The translations under genes and the position numbers were made by a program. The notes below the pieces were generated by a model, which saw nothing but the letters and a program-made list of their open reading frames with translations, did no database searches and was not told where the DNA came from. Of a stretch of DNA of 64,000 nt, positions 12,463-25,830 are shown one piece after another (the stretch's first letter is position 1; each line of letters opens with the position of its first letter). The stretch covers positions 78,306,001 to 78,370,000 of the forward strand of contig NC_042999.1 in assembly GCF_006345805.1 (NCBI RefSeq). Reading direction: 5' to 3'. The stretch is from Octopus sinensis (lineage: Eukaryota).

Positions 12463-13191
12463 AACAGCCAGAGCAATCTTCTTCTGTCTCACCTTGGCAA
12501 GGGGCAGGTTGATCAATGATGTCTTTCCTGTGCCTCCAGGAGCATCTAAGAAGACCCCCACCAGTGATATTATCCACAGATGTAAGAACTTGCCAGCATA
12601 CCTCATTTTCATCCCATACCAGAATTGGTTCCTTTTCATTGACAATTGCTTGCAAACTTTCCATGTATGATGCTTCCCTGATTATCTCTTGTGCTAATCT
12701 GTGTTGAACATCTCTGACAGGTACTGGAAGACCATAGATTTCAAGTTTGTTTCCACCCAGTAACTGAACCTTGTCTCCTATTAATCTTAATGCCTCATTG
12801 AAGATGTCATCATTCAACATGACATCACTGTCACACTGATTTTGAATTCTTTGAAGAATGTCTTCAGAAAGCTCCTCCTTGTTTTATACCAAAGTTGATT
12901 TGGATTTGACAATCCACAGTTCACCAGCAAGATGGAGAAGAGTTTCTCAGCTGCATAGGTAACTTGTACATTTGTGCCTGTCAGAGTGGCATCTCAGTGT
13001 GCATCATCTTCCAGAAGACCTCTGAGATAGCAAGCCTGGTGATATGTTTGACATACTGTTATCAACGGTACATAAGGGTGTAATTGATGTGGGTCCCTTG
13101 ACATGGTGTAATTAAGCCTTAGATAGTAGGACTCTAAGTAGTTTTTGAGAACTGTTCCCCACTCGAGGGTGTTTAGGAACAAGTCGTCCAT
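12463..13191 (-). mobile_element. Helitron RepHel fragment (PIF1 helicase N-terminal part)
   Basis: Two frameshifted ORFs: ..FNEALRLIGDKVQLLGGNKLEIYGLPVPVR.. and VFLDAPGGTGKTSLINL.LAKVRQKKIALAV (Walker A at 12520-12546), truncated before the ASSGIAA motif. Confidence 0.85.
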
Positions 13192-14532
13192 ATTTGTTTT
13201 ATTTTCTCCATTTTATGTATCCATAGAATTCTACCACACACACACACACACACACACAAACATGTAATTAAAAAAATTCAAACGGGGACTTATTCCATTC
13301 AGTATCATGTTTATCATAGAGATTGTATAACAAATTATACTTTACACTTCTATATTTAGCTGTGCAGGTATATTCCTTATTTTTGCTTCTGGTGTCTTCT
13401 GCCTTTCTATTAGAAACGTTTACCTGGGAATTTACTTAAAGTGAAAAAAATCATATGCAACAGATAAGTCATCTTAACATATTTCTGTGTACCAGACCTT
13501 TAGATGTTATTTTTAGCATAACAAGTTATCTGGTGAGGGCTTCAATTGCCTTCATCGCCTATTTGTTGCTTCAGTAAAAATCTACAGATGCACAAAATGA
13601 AACAAATATGGATGGCTTGTTCCGAAACACCCCCGAGTAGGGAACACTTCTCAAAAATAACCCCCAATTGTTTTCCCACAAAATTCCTGTCCTTGGAATG
13701 TACATAGCCTGAGGTATATTTTTAGATAATTTCATTAAAAAATCTCCATTGTCTTGAAAGTTAAGATGAATTGAAGCGGACTCCAGTGAATTTTCAAAAA
13801 AAAAACCACCCCTCCTAAAACACTCCCGCCCAAAAAAAATTGTATATCCGAAATCTACATGATATAACACATATTCGTAGAAAGTTTCATTAAAAAATAT
13901 GCATTTTTCTGAAAGTTATGATCATTGAAAATGTGTGTGGGGAAGAAATCTGTAGTTATGCCGACAAATTTGACACTTTCCTTCTAGGCATGGTTATATA
14001 TGTATACAGAAATACATGAGTGCAGAAGATAAACAATGAAAATAACAAGTATGGTACAGGTTGAAGTGAAATTTGTCAGTCAGTGAACCAAAGAGCCAGT
14101 ATCAAAGGAACCAGCAAGAAACTGTCAACAACAGAAAAGCACAAAGCCATAGGGATTGAATTGAAATTTATGAAGATACTTCTGTCAGTAAATTATGAAA
14201 TTACTTACATCAGTAATTGTGAACTTCTTTCTGTCAGTAATTTGTTGTTGTTTGTTTGTAAACAGCGATTGAAAACTTCAACTTACAGTGAAAACAATAA
14301 CATGGAAGTTAAACAATGGAGTGTGAAAATTGAAAGTGGAAAGAATAGTGTCTGAAAAATGAAAGTGCAAACAAGAGATATAGAGAGATGTGTTACAGAG
14401 ATAGTTAGAGGGATATATACATAAAGAGAGATGTTATATCACTGATGCTAGAAAACTGGAAGTAAATATTTTAAAAACTTTCAAAGACGTGAATGTAATA
14501 TAGAAAGCAATATTTTTTAGTTTTAATAATTG

Positions 14533-14731
14533 TTAATAAAAAAATCAAATGAACAGCCTATTATTTGTCCGAGGTCAAATTCTTCATGCATCACAAGTAT
14601 GAAAAGTAAATACGCATACATCTCTATCTTGTATATTAATTAAAAAAATCAAATGAACAGCTTATTATTTGTCTGAGGTCAAATTATTCATGCATCACAA
14701 GTATGAAAAGTAAATACGCATACATCTCTAT
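14533..14731. repeat. Tandem duplication, 104 bp unit x ~1.9
   Basis: aaaaaaatcaaatgaacag...tacatctctat at 14538 and 14642, with few mismatches. Confidence 0.9.
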
Positions 14732-15951
14732 TTTATATATTATTAGATTAGATTAGATTAGATAATTACATACATAATACACACTAATTTTGTCACATGT
14801 CTTTCTCAGACAACTATTTACATACCTTGTATGTGGGAACACTTGCAGTTATTAAAATTCATCATTTAAAAATCATATCTTCAAAAAGGTAGTTTTTATT
14901 GCTTTACACTTAAATTTAATAATATTTATAAAATATGCAGGTTTTATGATCTATGAACTGAAGTGTTCATTTTTAACAGATCTCTCTCTCTCTCTCTCTC
15001 TTTGCATCTACTTTTTACTCAGATACATAGAGTCTATTCAGGTTTAGTCCTAGATTAATGTTTAAAAACATTTAAACTGCAGAACAGAGGTGAAAGTTTA
15101 GCATTTCTCATATAGTAGATGAAATTTACTACATCTAAACAGCCATATTTTGCTTTTTGTAGCATTAGCTAAATTTACATTACTTATCTTAGCATAAGCT
15201 CACATTACAACAGTCCTCCAGTCTTTCCCACTTAATTTACTAACATAACACACAATGCAAGTGACATATTCACATACTTGAAATATGTAAAAAGAAGAAA
15301 AATTTTCACACTGAAACAAATAGATTTTTGTGAGGAATAAAACCCATCCCATTTTATTACATAACTCATCCCATTTTATTGCATTTGTAGGTGACCTAAT
15401 ATTAACCAATTACTGAAGGAAAACAAGGAAATTTTCCGCCATGTATGTAATCAGTATCTGAATGTATGTTGCACTGTTAACTATTACAGCCAACTAACTG
15501 AAAAATTGTTCTTGCTAAGCACCTTTGTGTGTAACTGATAATTTTCATAGCCTACTTTTAATGTAACTAATTCAGTTTTACACATAACCTTGCACTTGTC
15601 AAACATATAGAGACAACTTGCTAAAAAGGCAAAATTGTCTCAGAAGATTCAATTTATTTCATCAATGATTGTTAACATTAATAATCCTGTCTATTATTGG
15701 CACAAGGCCTAAAACTTTGGGGAGGGAGCTAGTCAGTTACATTGCTTCTGAAGGAATGAAAGGCAAAGTTGACTTCAGCAGCATTTGAACCCAGAATATA
15801 AAGACAGATGAAATGTCACTAAACATTTTATCCAACATGCTAACAATTCTGCCGGCTTTCCACCTTATTGTTAACATTAATAGCCCTTCCTATTATAGGC
15901 ACATGGACTGAAATTTTGGAGAGGGGTTAGCCAATTACATCAACTCCAGCA

Positions 15952-16004
<53 letters not shown>

Positions 16005-16130
16005 ATATTGATGATGATATTACATATAACTATCATGTCCAACTTGACTATTTTATGAAGAAATAAGTGTTAGGTATGTCAACATATATCTTTTCTATCT
16101 TTTATCTTTCACTTGTTTCAGTCATTAGAC

Positions 16131-16200
16131 CAGTGCTTCTCAACTGGGGTTACCTGGAACCCTTGGGTTCTACAAAAGGTTCCTAGGGGTTCTGCAAGAA
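16131..16200 (+). mobile_element. hAT/Charlie-like terminal sequence
   Basis: CAGTGCTTCTCAACTGGGG start, interrupting a SINE-like fragment; other end not identified. Confidence 0.4.
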
Positions 16201-16315
16201 AGAGTGAGATAAACTAATGCTAATTTCATGATCATAATATTATTATACATGCATATTATGTGTGCATATACATACATTATATATAATTACATATATATAT
16301 ATATATATATATATA

Positions 16316-16635
16316 CAGGCATACCTCAACCTACATTGTTAATTGGTTCCAGTAGACACACTTAAGTTAAAAATGACTGAAGTCAAATTAACTTGTTTCT
16401 GGGCTAAACCAACAATTGCCTCCCAACATAATGGTCACATGTTCTTTGAAGACCTTGTAGCCTGGAATAGTTTTCTCCTCCTTGGAAATGAATGAACGGT
16501 CTGGCAATTTTTTCCAATACAATCCAGTTTCATCTATGTTAAAAATTTGTTTGGGAAAAAAACCGTTTTCTTCAATGATTTTCTTTAATGCATTAAGAAA
16601 TTCCGCTGCTGCTTGTTCTAAGTTCCAAAACAAGC
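16316..16635 (-). mobile_element. Tigger/pogo transposon fragment
   Basis: TA|CAGGCATACCTC terminal repeat (Tigger1-like); ORF AAAEFLNALKKIIEENGFFPKQIFNIDETGLYWKKLPDRSFISKEEKTIPGYK..TIMLGGN is the pogo DDE_1 start. Confidence 0.88.
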
Positions 16636-17344
16636 AAAATGGAAAAAATTTAAAAACTAGGATGCTATCAGAGTAAATTTAATTTATTTATTTTATAATA
16701 TGCCTTTTGTAAACAATTAATTATAAGTTTCCAATGAGCCAATCTTGACATTTCTAATAATATTGATAAGAGTACCTGTGTAGTTCAGAGGGAATAAATG
16801 TAAAGGTGTTTTTCCTCAAACATGCACATCTTTCACTAATATACTTATACCCAGGTAGATATATCTACAGGTGTGGCTGTGTGGTAAGATGTTTGCTTCT
16901 CAACCATATGGTTCCAGTTCCCAGGCCACCCAAAACCTGGTGAGTGGATTTGGTAGACAGAAAATGAAAGAAGCCCATTGTGTGTATATCATCATCATTA
17001 TCATTGTTTAGCCTCCATTGTCCATGCTGGCATGGGTTGGATTGTTTGACCCGGGCTCGGAAGCTGGAAAGCTGCATCAGATTCCAGTCTGATTTGGCAT
17101 GGTTTCTATGGCTGGATGCCATCCCTAATGCCAGCCCAGACTAAAATCCTCTTCAACTGAGTGGGACTAAAGTAGAAAGGGAAGCAGGTGTATGCTGTGA
17201 GATGATGAGTTAAACTGAGACAGAAAGGGCCCCGAAAAGAACAGGTTTCTGTAGGGGAACTACACAATCACTCACATTATAGAAAGTGAGTGTGGTTAAG
17301 AAAGAATTAAAATGAGATAGAGAGAGAAGGGAAAAGCTGAAGAA

Positions 17345-17382
<38 letters not shown>

Positions 17383-20181
17383 AAGTGAAACTGAAAGTAA
17401 AAGAAAAAGAAAAAGTCTGATGCCATGAACAGACATTTCTGTACTTTAAATTAACACTTTTACTGTACTACCACTCCATTATAACTATCAATTTTTCACC
17501 ATCTCTTTTCTTGAGTCCTTCTCATTTTTCCACAGAGGTTTTTGGATTCCTGATTTTTTCTTCAAGTATTATTTTGGGGCTGAATTTGAATGTGTGTACA
17601 AATTTTGGAAGAGATTTTTAGTGGGTGTCCATTTATAGTGTCATCAATTTAGTGAGAATGGTCACTAATTTATAGTATGAAAGTATTCATGGAAAAGCCC
17701 TGTGAGTGAGCTTTTGAGAAGCATACATAATGGAATATCAGAAGGCATTTTTATACAAAACATTTTAATCTATTAAAAGATAATGAGAGCTGACAAGTAG
17801 TAAGAGTGTAGCCTGAGTGTGTGTGCATGAGTCAGGGAAAACTTTATATCTTATGATTGAAATACAGATTCAGTTGGAAGTCATTTTAAGCTAATAGGAA
17901 TTGAGCTAGTGTAAACAAAAATATACCAGTCATAATATGACCAGAGTAGTGAGCTGATGTCATCCAGAATTTCATGGATTGAAGTTGGTATAAATGAAAT
18001 AGGCTATTCATGATGTGATCAGTGTTGGAGGGCAAGTATAATTCATAACTAGTGACAAGAAGCTCATGTGAAAAACTGTTCATGATGAAGAAACAATGTT
18101 GCTGGTCTACCATCTTTCCATTAACAGAGAGTTGCCTTTGGTATTAATATACTCCCAGTCCAGATTGGCTGGATGCGATAACTAAAATAGCTTTCCTGAC
18201 TTGCTACAGATTTATTGAGAAACATTTCAAGGCAAACAAACATTGACATTTAAAGAGTTGAGATTTTATGTGTATGGTGCAGTTTAATTCAAACTCTAAT
18301 GGTTTGCAAGGACATGTATTGATTTAAGGGATGAATTATTAGGGGTTTCCCATTGAATTTTACAGATCCATAAGAAAACGACACTATTCACTTTTGCCCA
18401 CCCACTTCCCCTACTTGCTATCACCTTTAGTAATATACACAATGTTGCAGATGATATCACTGCTCATTCCTCCTTAATCTTTTGCATCTTAAACATTTCA
18501 TCCCAAATCTACATTGACACCACGAACAATCTTCAAAAACTTTTTCTAACAGGGTCATGTGAATCTTGTCTCCTTCACCAGCACTGATAATCACTACATA
18601 TTATCATAGTCATGTCCCTTGATATGAACAGCATGCAGTTAGAATCTTCAAAATTACTACAAATGCTATGTAGAATCATAACTTAAGGTCTCTCCTGGAG
18701 AATGTATATTTTTCATATAGCTAAAATTATCTTGTAAAAACTGATCTTCTACTTCAGCACCAAGTACTTGTAGTCTCCACACAGATCTGATGAAACCTAC
18801 AATAGAATACCATTTTCATATTTGTGATAGTGCTGCTACTTACACAGACAACTTAAACCACAACTGAAGAAAGTCTATCTGATTAGCATGAAGTCATCCT
18901 CCAATATACTTCAATCTTGGCTCCACAGATGCACTGTCAACTTTGCCTTTTATACCTTTATTTCAGAGGCCTCTGTTCCTAGTAGCTGGATGAAATCATA
19001 TCACCTTCATCATTCCTGCTGTGCCCAATTTTATCCCCATACATTAGTTACAACACTAATTCATTCTTCCCTAGAACATTAGCTGGAATTTCATTCCTGC
19101 AATTGTTGACTTATCACTGTTCAAGAGGAACATTAATTGCATGAGTCTTGCTAATTTCTGAGAGTTTATAAATGCTATAGACAGAGAATCTTCCTTCTGA
19201 TCCAATCTACTATGTTAACAAATTATAATTTTGCAGTTCTGCCAAATTGTAACACAGGATATGAATGGCTGATCTCTTGACTAGGTGTGTAGTCTCCATT
19301 GGGCTAACTTCTATATATTAATGATATCAATATGAAACTGATTATTCAGACATCTGGTAAACAGGATCTTATCAGCATATTATCTCTCATGCTTGTTTTT
19401 CATGGAAAGAAACAAAACATAAATAGAATTCTTTTGCAACTAGCAAGTAATGGAACATACACTTATCATGCCACAAGACAGTCCACTCACACTCCTGTCT
19501 CATACTGATTGTTGAAGTGTTTATCTGGTGTCAATATCTTTTCTGTCTTTTGTAGCAACAACCATAGACTATTGTCAATGGTAAGAATATTTTGCATTTA
19601 AAAATCTCAATAGAATTTGTTCTTTCCATCAACTCAGCCAAATCCTCACACAGGTGACTACTGAAAATCAGAAATCATTTTTACCATTACAATTAGTGAC
19701 CTCAAGAAGAGACATGCACTGCAGCCTAAAACTTTCAACAACACTGCTGAAATGCTTGTACATGACCCTGTCAAGAATGCTATGCAGCTTATCAACACAC
19801 TAAACAGGTTCACAAACACTGCCAATATATCTTAGCAAGTATATTTTTCCATTCATCATAGCTTTGTCCAAATTACCAACATTCCTGTTGTGGATACATT
19901 GGTGATCCAATCACAAACACGTTATGCTGTTTCTCGGCACATCAAGCATTTTCAGCTACATCACAAAGATGCCAGTATGCTACCTGCAACATCATCAATA
20001 CCCATTAATGTGACCAATAAATTCTTTGTCTTGTTTTCTTTATTGTTCATCTTCAAAAAAAAAAAAGGACTTCGTCAGTATTGACTCACCACGAGTCTCA
20101 AACATCAATACATTCTTCCACTGATACCTCCACATCCATCCTAGTGACAATGATTTTTCTTTGGATCTTTCCTTTTCCTAT

Positions 20182-20216
20182 GTTTCTGACAAAGAGCTCT
20201 GCTCGAAATGTTAAAC
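20182..20216 (+). ncRNA. Degenerate minimal type I hammerhead-like motif (Penelope-type), copy 1
   Basis: GTTT-CTGACAA-A-GAGC-TCT-GCTC-GAAA-TGTT-AAAC: stem I and stem II intact, two core substitutions. Confidence 0.4.
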
Positions 20217-21833
20217 CCTCCTTCTTTCCTGAGTGTCCAATAACACTATACTTGTTCCACGTCCTTGTGTTGTGTTTTCATGTTTGGATTAACTATATAT
20301 ATATATATATATATAAAATGTTCTCAAATACCTTGCTATGCAGATTTCTGCACCTCAAGCTCATACAAAACAGTACTACAATGTGCATGGAAAATGTTTT
20401 CTGTCAGTACTCCAGTCTTTTCAGCTAGATCATCTGCTTGCTATCTATGCAATTTCGGCAACATCCTCAGTCCTGCATTCACCTTTTCTAATGTATATTC
20501 CAGTACACACTTCAGATCTGCACCTATTCTCATTTTGTTCAATTCACCAATAATGGTCATTTCATTGGCAGGAATATTTGACAGTTTCAAAACACCAAGG
20601 AACTGATACCAGATTGCTAAGGTTCAACAACCAGAATTTAGGTTAGAAATCAATGATGTGAGTGCATGATAAACCAATCAGGTCTTTGGCAGAATGCAAT
20701 GTATGAACATGAATGTTATTCACTCAACTATTGATGATGATATTAAAAAACTGACCACTCAGACAATAGACAATATGATAAATAGTATCTTATTAGAAAG
20801 TTGATTATTTTTCATGGACAAAAACAAACTATAAACAGAATTCTTTTGCCACCGGAAAGTAGTGAGTTATACACTAGTCATGCTGCCAGACAGTCCACTC
20901 ACAGTCCTGTCTCATATTGACTATTTAACTGTGCATCTGGTGTCAATATTGTTTCCGTCCTTGGTAGCAATGACAAACTGCAGTTGTCAAATGTAAAATT
21001 AAAACTATTTTCACTTTTAAAATCTCAATGGAATTTGTGTTCTTTGCATCAACATCAACTTAGCCAAATCAATACACTAGTGACTACCAAAATTAGTTTT
21101 ATCATTACATATGTAACATCACAATCAACTGGTGTTCTGTTTAAAAGTTAATCTTATTCTCAACATTCTAACATATTTCACAACCAAAACCTATCCTATC
21201 AATATATGGTGTTTTTTGAGGTTGCAAGGGGTGACAGATAGGTGGATAAATTACTTTGAAGTACTTATGTATCCTAAGTTCCTTGTTCAAATCTTGCTGA
21301 TATCAAACTTCACCTTTCATCCTGGGGTAAAAAAAAAAAAAGTCAACTTCTCTTTTTGCAAAATTTGCAGGCTCCTGTTAAATTTCGAACTCATTTCTTT
21401 TTTTATAAATAAATATACCACTGTAATTTGTAAGAATTTTAGTTCATCTTATTTTTAAATTTATTTATCTTCTACATTTACAAAATGTTTCAATATGTTC
21501 AGTTTCCAGTTTATCAGATTATATAATTTATTACAGACAAGCTTTCTTCAAATCTTATATTGCTTTTAAGTTTTACAAGAAATTGGGCAACGTTGCTGAG
21601 AGGTAAAGTAGGACATTTGAAAGATGATTTACAACGACATGAAATATGTTGTAGAAAATCTCACTGACACTGTCCCAGGTTGGGATAGGATGTAAAAATA
21701 AATTAAAAAAAAAAAAAAGGACTTCGTCAGTATTGACTCACCACGAGTCTCAAACATCAATACATTCTTCCACTGATACCTCCACATCCATCCTAGTGAC
21801 AATGATTTTTCTTTGGATCTTTCCTTTTCCTAT

Positions 21834-21868
21834 GTTTCTGACAAAGAGCTCTGCTCGAAATGTTAAAC
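21834..21868 (+). ncRNA. Degenerate minimal type I hammerhead-like motif, copy 2
   Basis: Identical to 20182-20216, in the second duplication unit. Confidence 0.4.
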
Positions 21869-24420
21869 CCTCCTTCTTTCCTGAGTGTCCAATAACACTA
21901 TACTTGTTCCACGTCCTTGTGTTGTGTTTTCATGTTTGGATTAACTATATATATATATATATATAAAATGTTCTCAAATACCTTGCTATGCAGATTTCTG
22001 CACCTCAAGCTCATACAAAACAGTACTACAATGTGCATGGAAAATGTTTTCTGTCAGTACTCCAGTCTTTTCAGCTAGATCATCTGCTTGCTATCTATGC
22101 AATTTCGGCAACATCCTCAGTCCTGCATTCACCTTTTCTAATGTATATTCCAGTACACACTTCAGATCTGCACCTATTCTCATTTTGTTCAATTCACCAA
22201 TAATGGTCATTTCATTGGCAGGAATATTTGACAGTTTCAAAACACCAAGGAACTGATACCAGATTGCTAAGGTTCAACAACCAGAATTTAGGTTAGAAAT
22301 CAATGATGTGAGTGCATGATAAACCAATCAGGTCTTTGGCAGAATGCAATGTATGAACATGAATGTTATTCACTCAACTATTGATGATGATATTAAAAAA
22401 CTGACCACTCAGACAATAGACAATATGATAAATAGTATCTTATTAGAAAGTTGATTATTTTTCATGGACAAAAACAAACTATAAACAGAATTCTTTTGCC
22501 ACCGGAAAGTAGTGAGTTATACACTAGTCATGCTGCCAGACAGTCCACTCACAGTCCTGTCTCATATTGACTATTTAACTGTGCATCTGGTGTCAATATT
22601 GTTTCCGTCCTTGGTAGCAATGACAAACTGCAGTTGTCAAATGTAAAATTAAAACTATTTTCACTTTTAAAATCTCAATGGAATTTGTGTTCTTTGCATC
22701 AACATCAACTTAGCCAAATCAATACACTAGTGACTACCAAAATTAGTTTTATCATTACATATGTAACATCACAATCAACTGGTGTTCTGTTTAAAAGTTA
22801 ATCTTATTCTCAACATTCTAACATATTTCACAACCAAAACCTATCCTATCAATATATGGTGTTTTTTGAGGTTGCAAGGGGTGACAGATAGGTGGATAAA
22901 TTACTTTGAAGTACTTATGTATCCTAAGTTCCTTGTTCAAATCTTGCTGATATCAAACTTCACCTTTCATCCTGGGGTAAAAAAAAAAAAAGTCAACTTC
23001 TCTTTTTGCAAAATTTGCAGGCTCCTGTTAAATTTCGAACTCATTTCTTTTTTTATAAATAAATATACCACTGTAATTTGTAAGAATTTTAGTTCATCTT
23101 ATTTTTAAATTTATTTATCTTCTACATTTACAAAATGTTTCAATATGTTCAGTTTCCAGTTTATCAGATTATATAATTTATTACAGACAAGCTTTCTTCA
23201 AATCTTATATTGCTTTTAAGTTTTACAAGAAATTGGGCAACGTTGCTGAGAGGTAAAGTAGGACATTTGAAAGATGATTTACAACGACATGAAATATGTT
23301 GTAGAAAATCTCACTGACACTGTCCCAGGTTGGGATAGGATGTAAAAATAAATTAAAAAAAAATAAAAAAGGAAGGGGGCAGGATTTCGAGTTTTTTTTT
23401 TTATGGAATGGGATTGTTCAATTCAGTAATTCAATCCAATTCAATGGATTCACATAAAGCTTATTCACAATAAACACCAGCTGGACTTTTATAATATCAT
23501 TATTTCCCTTGCTTTATAGCCACTGTCTAACAGCAGTCTTCTATAATAGCAATATTATGTTAATATATATACCCGTCATCAACACGTGTGTGTGTATGTG
23601 AGAGAGAGAGAAAGAAAGAGAGTATATGTGTGTGAGTGCAGGCATGGCTGTGTAGTTAAAAAGTTTACTTTGCAATCAATAATCAAGACATCTCAGAATG
23701 AATGCCACTGTGTGGTATCTTGGATAAATGTTGTTTATCACAGCTTTGAGTTGACCCAGGTCTTGTGAATAAAATTAGGTAAACAGAAACTGTGGAAAAT
23801 CATCAATTATATTGTACATGTAGTTCAAAAGGCCAGCCTTCCAACCCTGTCACACACACTGTGTCATATTGATTCTGCCTGAGGATTACATTAATGGTAC
23901 ATGTGACTGTGAAATACTCAACCACTTACACTATAATTCAATGAATAGGCAGATCAGTTGATCAAACAACTGGGAAACTCATTGTCGAAATAGACGGAGA
24001 TTCATTTACTTTATGTATGTATAATACACACACATATATGCCAACATAAACATATAGTAATCAAAAAGCAACCGTGTACTTAGGAATTATTTGTATATTA
24101 ACAATATCAACTTTTAATTAAAATTTCTATTTTACCAATCATTTGCTTGAACACATTTCCTAATGTGTTGCTTTGCATTTGTAAAAATTTTATTCAGTGT
24201 TTCTGGACAATAATTATTTCATAGTGCACAATTACTTTTGATCACTTGTGTGTGTATGTAACTATGTACATTGGAGTGTATTGTGGTAGGAAAAAAAAAC
24301 CTTTTTACATAATAATAGTTAGAATGTTTGTCTGACCAATTCTGAATTTTTCCCTTTTTTAAAAATGTCTCAAACACATTTTTGTATTTTTATTTGCTCC
24401 TGAAACCATAAAGACACAAT

Positions 24421-24421
<1 letters not shown>

Positions 24422-24482
<61 letters not shown>
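24422..24482. repeat. (TG)n(TA)n microsatellite
   Basis: Direct reading; similar tracts at 224-270, 12239-12300, 15955-16005, 28436-28500, 29278-29335. Confidence 0.95.
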
Positions 24483-24486
<4 letters not shown>

Positions 24487-25404
24487 AAGGGTTTAGAATA
24501 TTGCAGCTTTATAACATAAGATTATTTTGTTTGAGACTTTTTGAAGATTCAGAAAATAAACTTGGTCAACAAAACAAACATATGTTTAACTAAAAATTAA
24601 ACATAATATTATATATATATATGAATGTATGTGTAACTTTAAACAACTCCAGGAGTGAAGTAGAAATTTTTAAAGATTGCATGTGTATTATATGTGTCTG
24701 TTTATCTGTCTGTGAGTGTATGTATACACATATATATATATATATACTCACATACATATGCATGCACAAAGTGAAAAGTATGTAACTATACAGGCATTAC
24801 AAGGAAAAAATAGTGGAAGAATCACATGGGAACTGAACCCAAGTGCACTAACTTTATGCTACTGGGTAATGTTAATTGGCAACACGTGTAAGTTTATATG
24901 GTGAAATATATAAAAAAAGGGCCTGGACATGTTTGAATGACTAGCAGCATAAAGTTAATACATTCTGGGTATTAAGTAAAGATCCTTCATAAATTTGTGT
25001 AATTTACTTAGGGTTATATATAGCTGGATTTAGCTGAACATCTCAAGAGAGAGAAAAGGATAAATTTTCATACTGCGGTTTCAGGTTGAAATGTCAGTTT
25101 TCATTTATTCACAATTTTGGCCACAAGTTTCTTTCTTTTTTTTTAATAAATTTTGTTTGTTAAATCTGAAATATCCAGACTGTAAAAACCAGTGTTAAAA
25201 TCTGGATATTCCAACAGTCAAATTGTTGTTTTTACTCGATGATCCAAATTTCTCACAGATATCAATACATTTGCGTGTGAGTTTCTGTGTGCTATTTCGA
25301 TGATTCAAGATCCCATCAAATGTATCTGGAGAAGGGATCAGGAATGATCTTTCCCCAAAACTAAAATGTTTTTTACTTCTCCATTTCAGTTTGTTGTTTT
25401 AAAT

Positions 25405-25830
25405 CTATATGCATGTCTGCACGTGCAATATATGTACATAAGCACATGAGTGCACAAATGTAAATACAATGTGTATGTGTTATATATATATATACATATA
25501 TATAAATATATATAATGTATATGCATACATACAATGTATATGCATATATATATATACATATAATGTATATTGCATATATATATATATATATATACATACA
25601 ATGTATATTGCATATATATATATATATACATACACATACAATGTATATTGCATATATATATATATACATACACATATTATATATATATATATATATATAT
25701 ATACAAATAGAGTATATATATATAATGTATATACATATATACACACACATATATACATATATGGGTGTGTGTGTGTATATATATATATGTATAAACACCT
25801 ACATACAGACAGATATACATATATATTTTT
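25405..25830. repeat. Compound TA-rich micro/minisatellite
   Basis: Repeated 'acaatgtatattgc(at)n' modules; source of the spurious YI-repeat ORFs. Confidence 0.9.

Larger units (their letters stand above)
20067..23370. repeat. Tandem duplication, 2 x 1652 bp
   Basis: Units 20067-21718 and 21719-23370; identical ORF translations; by eye they differ only in (TA)n length and the terminal A-tract. Confidence 0.97.

Noticed and set aside
13400-13960. Similarity to 42780-43230 (aaagtttcattaaaa...ctgaaagttatgat)
   Set aside because: Probably one dispersed non-autonomous repeat, but ends, TSD and class could not be established.
18785-18830. CTGATGAAAC motif as hammerhead or C/D snoRNA box
   Set aside because: No stem II or terminal stem, and no matching D box.
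20081-20606. Duplicated 70-115 aa ORFs in the tandem duplication
   Set aside because: Identity only reflects the DNA duplication; composition is typical of antisense or decayed repeat, with no splice structure or family motif.
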